Origin: Candidatus Adlerbacteria bacterium
Lineage (GTDB): Bacteria; Patescibacteriota; Minisyncoccia; Phycocordibacterales; SBAW01
Assembly: GCA_003135635.1 (NCBI GenBank)
Contig: PLCJ01000001.1
Span: 99,418 to 163,417 of the forward strand
Direction of reading: 5' to 3'
Length of the DNA stretch: 64,000 nt
Each line of letters starts with the position of its first letter. Position 1 is the first letter of the stretch. The notes under the pieces are model-generated. The model was not told the origin of the DNA and ran no database searches. It saw only the letters and a program-made list of their open reading frames with translations. Both the position numbers and the translations under genes were made by a program. Positions 19,680 to 28,473 of this stretch are shown in pieces.

Positions 19680-20081
19680 TTAGAGTGGCACATCAAACGC
19701 AAATGCGCCTGCACCAGTCATCAAAAGAGACAGGCATATAATCGCAAGAAGAATATAAGCGAGGTGTGAAAGGGGAGAGATATGACGCAGTCCTCGTTTG
19801 ATAAAGAAAATCTTAAGACAAATAATAGCGCCCACAAGAGCAGCTATTTGCGTTAAAAATCCCACCAAAAGAAACACGGCTACCGCACCCTCTACTAAGG
19901 TGAAAAGGCCGCTGAGCCATAGCGCAACGCTATAGTCGATCACCGAAATCTCGCGGGCCACCGTCTTGTGGTTTTTTAGATGAAAGATCGCGAGATAGAA
20001 AAATACGCCAGCTACAGCAAGTCGCAAAAGGGTAGGAGCGAAAAAACTAAACACGAGCAAGTGAGGAAATGGATTTAACAT
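19680..20081 (-). CDS. DoxX-like membrane protein
   Basis: 'PTLLRLAVA', 'FLLVGFLTQIAAL', 'GAGAFAFD'. Confidence 0.75.
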   Translation of the reverse strand: MLNPFPHLLVFSFFAPTLLRLAVAGVFFYLAIFHLKNHKTVAREISVIDYSVALWLSGLFTLVEGAVAVFLLVGFLTQIAALVGAIICLKIFFIKRGLRHISPLSHLAYILLAIICLSLLMTGAGAFAFDVPL

Positions 20082-20086
20082 AGATA

Positions 20087-20314
20087 TTATGGTGAATTAT
20101 AAATAGATGTATTTGTTCCAGAAGTATTTTGTGTGCTGCTTGCGGTTTGTATTGGTGAAGAAAGAAAGAGACCCCCCACGCCTCCTTTTTGGAGTCCCCC
20201 ACGCACAATCCACAATACGATGAGTATTGCAAGCACTCCCACCACAAAGAACAAATCATTCATTGCTCCACTACCATTGCCTTTCTTATCATCTTTCTTT
20301 TCCTCATCTGCCAT
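20087..20314 (-). CDS. Small single-TM hypothetical protein
   Basis: MADEEKKDDKK...FFVVGVLAILIVLWIV; start set just downstream of the murE stop. Confidence 0.65.
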   Translation of the reverse strand: MADEEKKDDKKGNGSGAMNDLFFVVGVLAILIVLWIVRGGLQKGGVGGLFLSSPIQTASSTQNTSGTNTSIYNSP

Positions 20315-20321
20315 AGCTATC

Positions 20322-21554
20322 CTAAGTATATCCCAGCTTCTTAAGCTCTTCCTCAGCGACTCCCTTATCACTCCATATCTCTTTGCTACCACTGGGCCCC
20401 ATAATATAGGGATCAGTGCCTTTGCCGGTAATGAGTACTGCATCACCCTTCTTAGCCTCTTTGAGCCCGGAGGCAATGGCAGCGCGGCGATCAAGAACAA
20501 TGTGCGGATGTTTCGTCGTAAACCCCTTTGCGACCTCCTCGATAATGTGACGTGGATCCTCATCGTAGGGGTCTTCATTGGTGAGTATCGCGACATCACA
20601 AAATTCCTCCACAAGCTTTCCCATCTCACGTCGCTTCCAGGTATCGCGCCCTCCACCAGTTGCTCCAAGCACGCCGATTATTCTATGCATACGATAAGTC
20701 TCATATAATGCGCGAAGTGAATCGGGCGTGTGCGCATAATCAACAATGACGCTAAATGGCTGATTCTTTTCAACACGCTCGGCGCGACCCAAAATAGGAG
20801 GAATATGCTCCAGAGCCTTTTTCATATGTCCGCGCGGGATGCCGAGCGCCTCCCCCAGAGTGAGCGCAGCAAGCGCATTCTTAAGGTTAAAAACTCCAGG
20901 CAGTGGCATCGTAAATAGCTCCCCACGCCACATAAAACGCACTCCGCGATCATCAACTTGATAGGGTTCGGCATCTTGAAGTGAGAAAGGAGCTTTAACA
21001 TCTACATCAATATTAAGAAAGGCTTCACCATACGCGTCATCGACATTGGCAACCATAATCCGTGGACGCTTCGACGAGCGCACCAGACTCTGAGCTAAAG
21101 AAAGTTTCGCTGCAACGTAGTTCTCCATCCCGCCGTGGGACTCAAGATGCTCTGGTGCCAGATTGGTAAAAATAAGCGCATTCATCTCAATGCCTTTGTG
21201 GCGGAATTGTCGAGCGCCTTCTGATGTCATTTCGATAACTGCGTGTGTCACGCCTTCATCAATCGCAGCGCGCAAAAAACGTTGTAAAAAAAAGCGCCCC
21301 GGCATCGTCATCTTAAAAAGATTTCGCTCGCTTCTCTCTCCTATCGCAAAGCGGATCGTGCTTGCAAGCGCGACCCTATATCCAGCCTCAGTAAGCATGG
21401 CTCCAACAAGCTCAGCGGTTGTAGATTTGCCTTTGGTGCCGGTGATCCCGATAATCACGAGTTTTTTGGAAGGGAATCGGTACCAGAATGCTCCGAGGTA
21501 GGCAAGAAAAAAATGATAGGCGTTTATCCACTGCTTCGGAACCAGTCGTTTCAT
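20322..21554 (-). CDS. murE: UDP-MurNAc-tripeptide synthetase (MurE family)
   Basis: 'GITGTKGKSTT', 'FTNLAPEHLE', 'DYAHTPD', 'NEDP', 'GKG'. Confidence 0.9.
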   Translation of the reverse strand: MKRLVPKQWINAYHFFLAYLGAFWYRFPSKKLVIIGITGTKGKSTTAELVGAMLTEAGYRVALASTIRFAIGERSERNLFKMTMPGRFFLQRFLRAAIDEGVTHAVIEMTSEGARQFRHKGIEMNALIFTNLAPEHLESHGGMENYVAAKLSLAQSLVRSSKRPRIMVANVDDAYGEAFLNIDVDVKAPFSLQDAEPYQVDDRGVRFMWRGELFTMPLPGVFNLKNALAALTLGEALGIPRGHMKKALEHIPPILGRAERVEKNQPFSVIVDYAHTPDSLRALYETYRMHRIIGVLGATGGGRDTWKRREMGKLVEEFCDVAILTNEDPYDEDPRHIIEEVAKGFTTKHPHIVLDRRAAIASGLKEAKKGDAVLITGKGTDPYIMGPSGSKEIWSDKGVAEEELKKLGYT

Positions 21555-22150
21555 ACAGACGCGCGCGTGCCAAGTATTTTAAGTACCGCAGCAACACGCT
21601 CAGAAATAGTGGTGGGTTGAGTAGTTTCTCGAGTTAATGTTTTAAGTGCTTGACGGGCTTCTTCAGTGCGGTAGCCAAGCGCGAGAAGCGCTTCTATCAC
21701 TTCCGCGTCGTGAACGCTTGAGGTGTTGGCTTCTTCTTTGGAGTTTGCAAGCTTGTCGCGCAATTCAACGACCACGCGCTCCGCACTTTTCTTACCGATG
21801 CCAACAACTTTGATAAGCGCATTCGTGTCTCCGCGAATAATGGACTCTTTGATTGTTTTCACATCGGCGAGATTAAGAATCCCCAACGCAGTTTTTGGAC
21901 CGATGCCGGAAACACTCGTCAGCTGTTTAAAAAACGCAAGCTCTTCTTCCGTTGGAAATCCATAGAGATCTATAGCATCTTCACGCACTGCCGTATGAAT
22001 GAAAAGTGAAACAATGCCAACTCTTCCGATACGCATCGCTTCTAGTGAAAAAAGAGGAGTACGCACTGCATATCCAACCCCGGCGACTTCAAGAATGATC
22101 GCCCCGTCTGATGTGATGCCCTCAAATGTTCCGGTTAGCTTGCCTATCAT
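21551..22150 (-). CDS. ruvA: Holliday junction DNA-binding protein RuvA
   Basis: 'MIGKLTG', 'VREDAIDLYGF', 'VSGIGPK', 'ALLALGY'. Start ATG 22150. Confidence 0.96.
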   Translation of the reverse strand: MIGKLTGTFEGITSDGAIILEVAGVGYAVRTPLFSLEAMRIGRVGIVSLFIHTAVREDAIDLYGFPTEEELAFFKQLTSVSGIGPKTALGILNLADVKTIKESIIRGDTNALIKVVGIGKKSAERVVVELRDKLANSKEEANTSSVHDAEVIEALLALGYRTEEARQALKTLTRETTQPTTISERVAAVLKILGTRASV

Positions 22151-22174
22151 ATATAGATAGAGTACTATCCCGAC

Positions 22175-22417
22175 ATGGCAATTACCACATCGGCAAAAAA
22201 AGCACATCGTCAGTCAAAACGCAAAAAAGCGATGAATGATAAGTACAAAATATCTATTCGCAAAGCATTTAAATATGTTCGACTTGCGAAAAAAGGAGAT
22301 ATGCAGGCACTTGCTCTTGCCTACAAAGCTATCGATAAGGCAGCAAAACATGGTCTTTTGAAAAAAAATACTGCTGCTCGCCGTAAGGCAAAAGTTGCAC
22401 GCATGCTCAAGAGTTAA
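22175..22417 (+). CDS. rpsT: 30S ribosomal protein S20
   Basis: 'SAKKAHRQS', 'IDKAAKHG..KKNTAARRK'. Confidence 0.96.
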   Translation: MAITTSAKKAHRQSKRKKAMNDKYKISIRKAFKYVRLAKKGDMQALALAYKAIDKAAKHGLLKKNTAARRKAKVARMLKS

Positions 22418-22448
22418 TAACTCTTTTAGAGGATATTTTTAATACGTG

Positions 22449-22520
22449 TACCCCCACGGGGAATCGAACCTCGATCTCAGGCTTCGGAGGCCTGCGCTCT
22501 ATCCGTTGAGCTATGAGGGC
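22449..22520 (-). tRNA. tRNA-Arg(CCG)
   Basis: GCCCTCA acceptor; CAGGC-CTCCGAA-GCCTG anticodon arm. Confidence 0.93.
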
Positions 22521-22526
22521 ATCTTG

Positions 22527-22598
22527 TCCTCTCGGCAGGAATCGAACCTGCATTACAAGCTCCGCAAGCTTGCGTTCTATCCGTTGAACTACGAGAGG
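22527..22598 (-). tRNA. tRNA-Arg(GCG)
   Basis: CCTCTCG/CGAGAGG acceptor; CAAGC-TTGCGGA-GCTTG anticodon arm. Confidence 0.93.
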
Positions 22599-22614
22599 TA
22601 GTTTATAGGTTGTA

Positions 22615-23088
22615 TCACAGGCCGAAGATTTCTGCGAGACTATCGCTGAGTCGTGCTTCCGCTTCTGTTTCCTCGATGTATTGTTCTAGCCGTGAACGGA
22701 TGGTTTCCGGCGATGTCCCCTCAAGAGAGAGAAGTATTCGTGGGGTAAGGAAGCTCTTCACGGTAAGTATAAGTTCGGGTTTGTGCGGTTCCTCTGCGAT
22801 GCTAAAGGAATGGATAGATCCATAGGGATAGAGTGTGCCATCCACACTGATACCGCGCTCATCGATACGTACCATGTGCTCTCGTGGACCTCGCGCAGCC
22901 AAAAAACCGATGGACCCCGCACCAATAATCAAGATACAGGCAAGCAATATGTTGCTGAAAAAAACAGCAGCGATTGCGCCCGCAACCGCAAGTACACCAA
23001 GGGTCCAGTACCAATCAGCGCTGCGTTCAGTGTGCTCGTGAGTGAGCACACTCCATGAAATAGCGGGCTCCGGTTGAGTCATTTCCAT
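22615..23088 (-). CDS. Conserved 2-TM hypothetical protein with PH-like C-terminus
   Basis: 'EHTERSADWYW', two TM helices, 'IDERGISVDGTLYPY..IHSFSI'. Confidence 0.7.
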   Translation of the reverse strand: MEMTQPEPAISWSVLTHEHTERSADWYWTLGVLAVAGAIAAVFFSNILLACILIIGAGSIGFLAARGPREHMVRIDERGISVDGTLYPYGSIHSFSIAEEPHKPELILTVKSFLTPRILLSLEGTSPETIRSRLEQYIEETEAEARLSDSLAEIFGL

Positions 23089-23168
23089 AAGTATACCCTG
23101 GGAATCGGATTATCTTTGAAAGGGTGTACAAAAAAGTGGGGTTTTTAAAAGGGCGTATACTTATTCTT

Positions 23169-23744
23169 ATGGCATCTATAGACCATTCCTTTTTCTTTGT
23201 GTTATACAGCTTTGCTGGTCGTTCTCATATTGGAGACTTTCTCATTATCTTTTTCGGAGAATACTTTTTGTATATTATTTTTGCTATATTGGCATATTTT
23301 CTCTACAGAGCATACCGAAATAAAAAGAGAAAGGAAGTATACGGATATTTTGTCGCATTATTTGCAGCTCTTTTTGCACGTTTTGGAGTCGAGAATGTTA
23401 TTCACTTTTTCTATCATCGACCGCGGCCGTTCATCGCACTTCACTTGCCGCATCTCTTAAGCGACATGTCATACTCTTTTCCTTCCGGCCACACTATCTT
23501 TATGTTTGCACTTGCAACAGGAATCTTTTTCGTTAACCGTAAATTCTCTTATTTTTTATATGCCTCCGGTTTGGTCATAGGGCTCGCACGTGTTATGGGC
23601 GGCGTGCATTATCCTTCAGACATTCTTGGCGGAGCGATACTGGGTATTTTGACGGGATACATTGTCTATAAATTACTAGAAAGATTTGGACCAAAAAGGA
23701 ATGGGATAAGCCCTATAAGATCCAGTAAAAAGATATTTTCTTAA
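23169..23744 (+). CDS. PAP2 family phosphatase (BcrC-like undecaprenyl-PP phosphatase)
   Basis: 'RPRP', 'SFPSGH', 'ARVMGGVHYPSD'. Confidence 0.92.
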   Translation: MASIDHSFFFVLYSFAGRSHIGDFLIIFFGEYFLYIIFAILAYFLYRAYRNKKRKEVYGYFVALFAALFARFGVENVIHFFYHRPRPFIALHLPHLLSDMSYSFPSGHTIFMFALATGIFFVNRKFSYFLYASGLVIGLARVMGGVHYPSDILGGAILGILTGYIVYKLLERFGPKRNGISPIRSSKKIFS

Positions 23745-23828
23745 ATATCTGTAATCTTTCCAAAAATATTTTAGCGCGGATGCTATGGAGAAATTCCAAA
23801 CATCCAAACAACGTCACGCTGAGTTCTT

Positions 23829-24083
23829 TTAGGAAAGATGTTTGGAGATAAGTTTTGTCATCTCAAACATATTGACCGTTGCCTTACCACCAAATACTTT
23901 CTTTAAATTTTCATCGGCATTGATATTACGCTTGTTTTTTTGATCTTGAAGATCATTTTTCTTAATATATACCCAAAGTTTTTTGACAACTTCTGATCTG
24001 GGCATAGGCCCCTTTCCTACAACCGCAGCTAAATCAGAGCTGATAGTCATTGGCTTCATAAACGCGGAATTGCTATTTGCCAT
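23829..24083 (-). CDS. Stand-alone SWIB/MDM2 domain protein
   Basis: 'LAAVVGKGPMPRSEVVKKLWVYIKKNDLQD', 'MFEMTKLISKHL'. Confidence 0.92.
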   Translation of the reverse strand: MANSNSAFMKPMTISSDLAAVVGKGPMPRSEVVKKLWVYIKKNDLQDQKNKRNINADENLKKVFGGKATVNMFEMTKLISKHLS

Positions 24084-24245
24084 ATTTTTTAATTACTTAT
24101 TAAAAGCCCTCATATCTATAGTAGCACCTTGTGCACTTTAATTCTCGAGTCGTAATTTGGCCATATACTTCAGGGTTGTCCGATAAAAAGTATTTTTTGT
24201 AGTGAGGGTCGGTCAGAAACCAATTTATATCAAGCAGTATAAGGG

Positions 24246-25622
24246 TTATTTAACTAGTGTTGGAACAACTAACAACTCCAGGTGGTACTGGTTGCTGTTA
24301 CTCGAGGTTAACCCATGATTAACAAATAGACCATTTACAAGATACAAATGGTTCGGTTGCATGAGATCAATACCGGTGCCAGTAATAGGCAAATCATAGC
24401 TGGAGATTAATCCAGTGGATTCATCGGAAAAAATAATATACCCCGCTTCTTTCTTTAGAAAATATCCCTGAATCAAAACCGTCTGACCAACAAAAGACTG
24501 TGCATGTTGTGTGACTTCACCAACCGTATGCGTCGGTAGAGTTTGATTGGAGGATTGGGAAGAGAAGTTGTGGTTAATAATGTCTAAACCGTCTGGGATA
24601 TTCAATTGACCTACTCCGATCCCTGGTTTTCCCGTAACACCATATTGCCAGATAATTTTCTTGGTCTGCTTGTCAATCACAATCACCCGATGATTAAAGT
24701 CGTCGTTGGAGAGAATATTTCCATTAGGCAGCTCAATGGCAAGAGATGGTTTATTAAGTGTGGTAGTGCCTTCACCATCAAACTCCCACACCACATTTCC
24801 TTGTCTAGAAATCTCAATTATTTTACCCGGATGTTGGTATTCGGCAATCAAGAAGTTCCCGGCTTGGGTCAATTGTGGATCAGAAGGGTACTTCAGAGGC
24901 AAAGACATAGAGAATATCTTTGTCCATTGGGCATCTAACTCTATGAGGCTATGATTGAGAATAGTACTGATAAGTATATGGCCATTGGGAAGGGGCGTGT
25001 CGCCATTCGGTGCATCCAAAAACCCTGGGTTATTACTGCATTGCCTAGTTTTTCCATATTGATGGATAATTTTCTTGCCGGGTGTAATTTCTATAACGCG
25101 GCAATTCTGAATATCTGCAATGATAACGTCACCGTTTGGTAACTTGTAGGCGTCGTCAGGGTGGTATAAAAAACCGGGTCCTGAACCGTGTGTCCCCGGT
25201 ATGCCGTACTGCCAGATTATTTTTTTGGTCTGGTAGTCAATCTCTTCTATGAGGTGATAATATTCAAGATTTACAATAACGGTTTTGCCACCGTCGGCAA
25301 AAAATGCGTCATCAGCTCCATACCCCGGGGGCAACCCTTTGAACTGATATTCCCATATGATTTGTTTGTCAGGGGTTACTTCTATAACACGATTATTGCC
25401 CCTGTCGGCAATAAGGACGTCATATCCACCAAGCGCAGAGGTGTCTTTGGGTTGCGCGTTGATGTCTTGAGGTGAAACAGGAATTGCGGGAGGTGGAATA
25501 ATATCTTGTTCATTCCCGAAGAGACTATCGACATCTGCGTGGGCGAAATAATTGTATGTCCAGAAACCACAAACAAACAGAACACAACTCAATAGAACAA
25601 TCCATACATACCACGATTGCAT
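24246..25622 (-). CDS. Secreted NHL/PQQ-like beta-propeller protein
   Basis: Repeated 'LIADRGNNRVIEV', 'LPNG..LI', 'IIWQYG' blades; N-terminal TM. Confidence 0.8.
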   Translation of the reverse strand: MQSWYVWIVLLSCVLFVCGFWTYNYFAHADVDSLFGNEQDIIPPPAIPVSPQDINAQPKDTSALGGYDVLIADRGNNRVIEVTPDKQIIWEYQFKGLPPGYGADDAFFADGGKTVIVNLEYYHLIEEIDYQTKKIIWQYGIPGTHGSGPGFLYHPDDAYKLPNGDVIIADIQNCRVIEITPGKKIIHQYGKTRQCSNNPGFLDAPNGDTPLPNGHILISTILNHSLIELDAQWTKIFSMSLPLKYPSDPQLTQAGNFLIAEYQHPGKIIEISRQGNVVWEFDGEGTTTLNKPSLAIELPNGNILSNDDFNHRVIVIDKQTKKIIWQYGVTGKPGIGVGQLNIPDGLDIINHNFSSQSSNQTLPTHTVGEVTQHAQSFVGQTVLIQGYFLKKEAGYIIFSDESTGLISSYDLPITGTGIDLMQPNHLYLVNGLFVNHGLTSSNSNQYHLELLVVPTLVK

Positions 25623-25721
25623 CTCTGGAGTATAGCAATAAAAGGTGGAAGCTATGCGCGAAGTTACCTCATGAAGAAGTGTTTGCGCATTCAGCAGAAC
25701 CTTCTACACTGATCGTACTCC

Positions 25722-26312
25722 ATGGTGAAAGCTTTTATTGGTAATGTTATCGTTGCGGCTTTTTTGCTCCTCTTCGTTTTCATCAACTTTAAAGCATTTT
25801 ATACAACGGGAGACATTAGCTATATTCTCGTGTCGATAAATGAAAGCGTGTACGTTGTGCTCTTCCTGGTGCGTGAACGAGCTATTGCCGTCTCGACATC
25901 AGGATTTGACTGGGCAATCGCATTTTCAGCGACATTTTTAGGAACGCTTTTAAGACCAGCGCTTCCTTTAAACATTTTACTGGGCAGTATACTGATCAGC
26001 ATCGGAATCATGGTGAATATTGTCAGTGTATTATTCCTGAATAGAAGCATCAGTATAGTTCCGGCAAGGAGGAGTATAAAAACCGGAGGGTTATACCGGT
26101 TTGTTCGACATCCTATGTATTCAAGCGAGATATTGTCTCTCTTCGGGTACCTGCTCGTAAATGTTTCTTTGATGAATACATACATTGTAATCGGCACCAT
26201 GGTACTCATGCTTGCTCGGATTAATCGTGAGGAACTATTTCTTTCAAAAAATAAACTCTACCGGGAGTATCTCGCAAGAACTCCTTGGAAGCTTGTACCT
26301 TTTGTGTACTAA
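25722..26312 (+). CDS. Isoprenylcysteine carboxylmethyltransferase/PEMT family membrane protein
   Basis: 'GLYRFVRHPMY', 'REELFL...Y.EY....PWKLVPFVY'. Confidence 0.88.
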   Translation: MVKAFIGNVIVAAFLLLFVFINFKAFYTTGDISYILVSINESVYVVLFLVRERAIAVSTSGFDWAIAFSATFLGTLLRPALPLNILLGSILISIGIMVNIVSVLFLNRSISIVPARRSIKTGGLYRFVRHPMYSSEILSLFGYLLVNVSLMNTYIVIGTMVLMLARINREELFLSKNKLYREYLARTPWKLVPFVY

Positions 26313-26320
26313 AATCAGTG

Positions 26321-26405
26321 CGGAGGAGGTGAGATTCGAACTCACGGTACCTTGCGGCACTCCGGTTTTCAAGGCCGGTGCAATAGACCACTCTGCCACT
26401 CCTCC
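26321..26405 (-). tRNA. tRNA-Ser(UGA)
   Basis: GGAGGAG/CTCCTCC acceptor; loop CTTGAAA; long variable arm. Confidence 0.95.
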
Positions 26406-26453
26406 ATGAAAGAAACGATACACTTTTCCTGTCATATTCGCTATGCTAGCTAG

Positions 26454-26852
26454 ATGAAATATCTCGGTATAGATTATGGCACCAAGCGCATCGGCATCTC
26501 GATTTCCGATAATACTGCTTCACTGGCTTTTCCTCTTACCACTCTTGCGACAAACAAACACTCCGTGGAAGATATTGTAGCTCTTGCAGAAAAACATGAT
26601 GCTAAAAATATCGTGCTCGGCGAGTCACGTAACTTCAAAGGAGCACCTAACGTTATAATGCAAGAGATTCATATACTCAAAGTAGCACTAGAGAAAGCAG
26701 GATATACGATTGACTACGAACCAGAATTCATGACAAGCGCCATGGCAACACGAGAAGGAGAAACAGCGCCAGAGCAGATTGATGCATCTGCCGCTGCACT
26801 TATTTTACAAAGCTATCTTGATCGAAATAAATTCCGTAGTAATGTAGAATGA
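26454..26852 (+). CDS. yqgF: YqgF/RuvX family nuclease
   Basis: 'LGIDYGTKRIGISISD', 'IDASAAALILQSYLD'. Confidence 0.92.
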   Translation: MKYLGIDYGTKRIGISISDNTASLAFPLTTLATNKHSVEDIVALAEKHDAKNIVLGESRNFKGAPNVIMQEIHILKVALEKAGYTIDYEPEFMTSAMATREGETAPEQIDASAAALILQSYLDRNKFRSNVE

Positions 26853-26856
26853 AGTA

Positions 26857-27186
26857 GTGTCTGATATTATCTCGATTGATGATTTTAAAAAAGCTGATAT
26901 CCGCATTGGTGAAATCAAACATGCAGAAAAGGTGGCCGACACGGATAAATTACTGCGTTTACTGGTGAATTTTGGCTCTGAAGAGCGGCAAATTATTTCC
27001 GGTATCTCCAGCTACTTTCCAGACCCCGAAGTTCTTATTAGCAGAAAAGTTGCCTTTGCATATAACCTTGAACCGCGCATTATTCGCGGGCTTGAGAGCC
27101 AAGGTATGATACTTGCCGCAATGGGAGAAGATGGCGTGATGTCTCTGCTTGAAGCTACTGCGGCACCTGGTGCAAAAGTACAATGA
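26857..27186 (+). CDS. Stand-alone tRNA-binding OB protein (MetRS C-terminal/Trbp111-like)
   Basis: 'ISIDDFKKADIRIG', 'DKLLRL', 'NLEPR..RGLESQGMILA'. Confidence 0.9.
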   Translation: MSDIISIDDFKKADIRIGEIKHAEKVADTDKLLRLLVNFGSEERQIISGISSYFPDPEVLISRKVAFAYNLEPRIIRGLESQGMILAAMGEDGVMSLLEATAAPGAKVQ

Positions 27187-27187
27187 T

Positions 27188-27796
27188 ATGGAAGAACACC
27201 TTCGTCTAAGTGATCGATTATCGCAGTGGGTTACAAGACACGCTGAAGGACCCTATATACTCCCGTGGCTTGCGCTCCTGGCATTTCTTGACGGATGCAT
27301 TTCTCCTTTTCCGGCAGAGATTTTTCTTGCGGCACTCATGGTTGCGCATCCAAAACGGTGGCGCGAGTATCTTTTGGTCACTGCTCTTGCCGCTGCCGCT
27401 GGTGCATCGGTCGGATACCTTATCGGGGGACTCTTGTTTCAGTTTTTGGGACAGCCTCTTATTGATACCTATCACTTCCAGAAAGCATTCCTCACCGCTC
27501 AGCACCTGCTTCACGGTCATATATTTCTTACTATGGCGATTGCGCCCTTTATTCTCCCGCTACCAGAAAAAGTCTTTATTTATGCAGCAGGATTTTTGGG
27601 CGCACACTTCATACCTTTTATCACTGGTTATTTTCTTGGACACACTATACGGCTTGCGGTATTTATGTATTTGGCCGGCCGATATGGGCAGCAAGTTATT
27701 CGTCTCTTAGAGGAATATATACTCATCATAGCTGGGGTAGTCCTTATGATGGCGCTATTGTATGGTATTGTGCACTGGCACCTTTTGCCCCTGTAG
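27188..27796 (+). CDS. YqaA/DedA (VTT) family membrane protein
   Basis: 'LAFLDGCISPFPAE', 'GYLIG', 'PLPEKVF'. Confidence 0.82.
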   Translation: MEEHLRLSDRLSQWVTRHAEGPYILPWLALLAFLDGCISPFPAEIFLAALMVAHPKRWREYLLVTALAAAAGASVGYLIGGLLFQFLGQPLIDTYHFQKAFLTAQHLLHGHIFLTMAIAPFILPLPEKVFIYAAGFLGAHFIPFITGYFLGHTIRLAVFMYLAGRYGQQVIRLLEEYILIIAGVVLMMALLYGIVHWHLLPL

Positions 27797-27858
27797 TTCA
27801 ACGGATAGAACCGGAGACTTCTAAGCTCTTAATGGGGGTTCGATTCCCTCCAGGGGCA
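27787..27858 (+). tRNA. tRNA-Arg(UCU)
   Basis: GCCCCTG/CAGGGGC acceptor; loop CTTCTAA. Confidence 0.93.
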
Positions 27859-27891
27859 CAGCTTAAAGAAAATTCTGGCATACTTTACCCT

Positions 27892-28338
27892 ATGAGATCT
27901 AGATACACAGGCTTTACGCTTATTGAGCTTTTGGTAGTTATTGCAATCATAGGTATCTTGGCGTCCATCATTTTGGTTTCTCTGAACTCAGCGCGCAGCA
28001 AAAGCAGAGATGCCGCAAGAATGGAAACCGTACATCAGATTCAAAATGCGCTTGAACTCTACTACTCGGATTACGGTGCGTATCCTACCGTAGCCGTACC
28101 TTCTGACTTATCAAGTAGCCTAACTCCTTTTCTGTCGCCGAAATACATATCGAGCGTTACGTATGATATGACTAATATCTCGGGACCTACTTACTACAGC
28201 CCAGCAAATCCTCCCGATAGCTATCTTATATATGTGTCCACTGAGAGATCTTGGGGAGTTAATATCTACGGATGCCGCACGGGAGTCGGACCCGATGTAG
28301 ATTCTGGTTTGTACTCTGGCGCACCTGTCTGTCATTAA
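27892..28338 (+). CDS. Type IV pilin / GspG-like prepilin
   Basis: Class III signal 'GFTLIELLVVIAIIGILASII', 'ALELYYSDYGAYP', C-terminal Cys pair. Confidence 0.92.
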   Translation: MRSRYTGFTLIELLVVIAIIGILASIILVSLNSARSKSRDAARMETVHQIQNALELYYSDYGAYPTVAVPSDLSSSLTPFLSPKYISSVTYDMTNISGPTYYSPANPPDSYLIYVSTERSWGVNIYGCRTGVGPDVDSGLYSGAPVCH

Positions 28339-28399
28339 TAATCTCGCTTTAGAAAAATGTTGTTTTGATTCCTCAGCTGCGCTACTGTGAAGTAGAGAT

Positions 28400-28472
28400 G
28401 CACGCTTAGCTCAGTTGGTAGAGCGACTCGTTTACACCGAGTGGGTCGGGGGTTCGAGTCCCTCAGCGTGCA
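28400..28472 (+). tRNA. tRNA-Val(UAC)
   Basis: GCACGCT/AGCGTGC acceptor; ACTCG-TTTACAC-CGAGT. Confidence 0.96.
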
Positions 28473-28473
28473 C

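Noticed and set aside
20133-20708. Overlapping 191-aa and 193-aa ORFs
   Set aside because: Shadows of murE; only the 75-aa minus-strand tail (20087-20314) is plausible.
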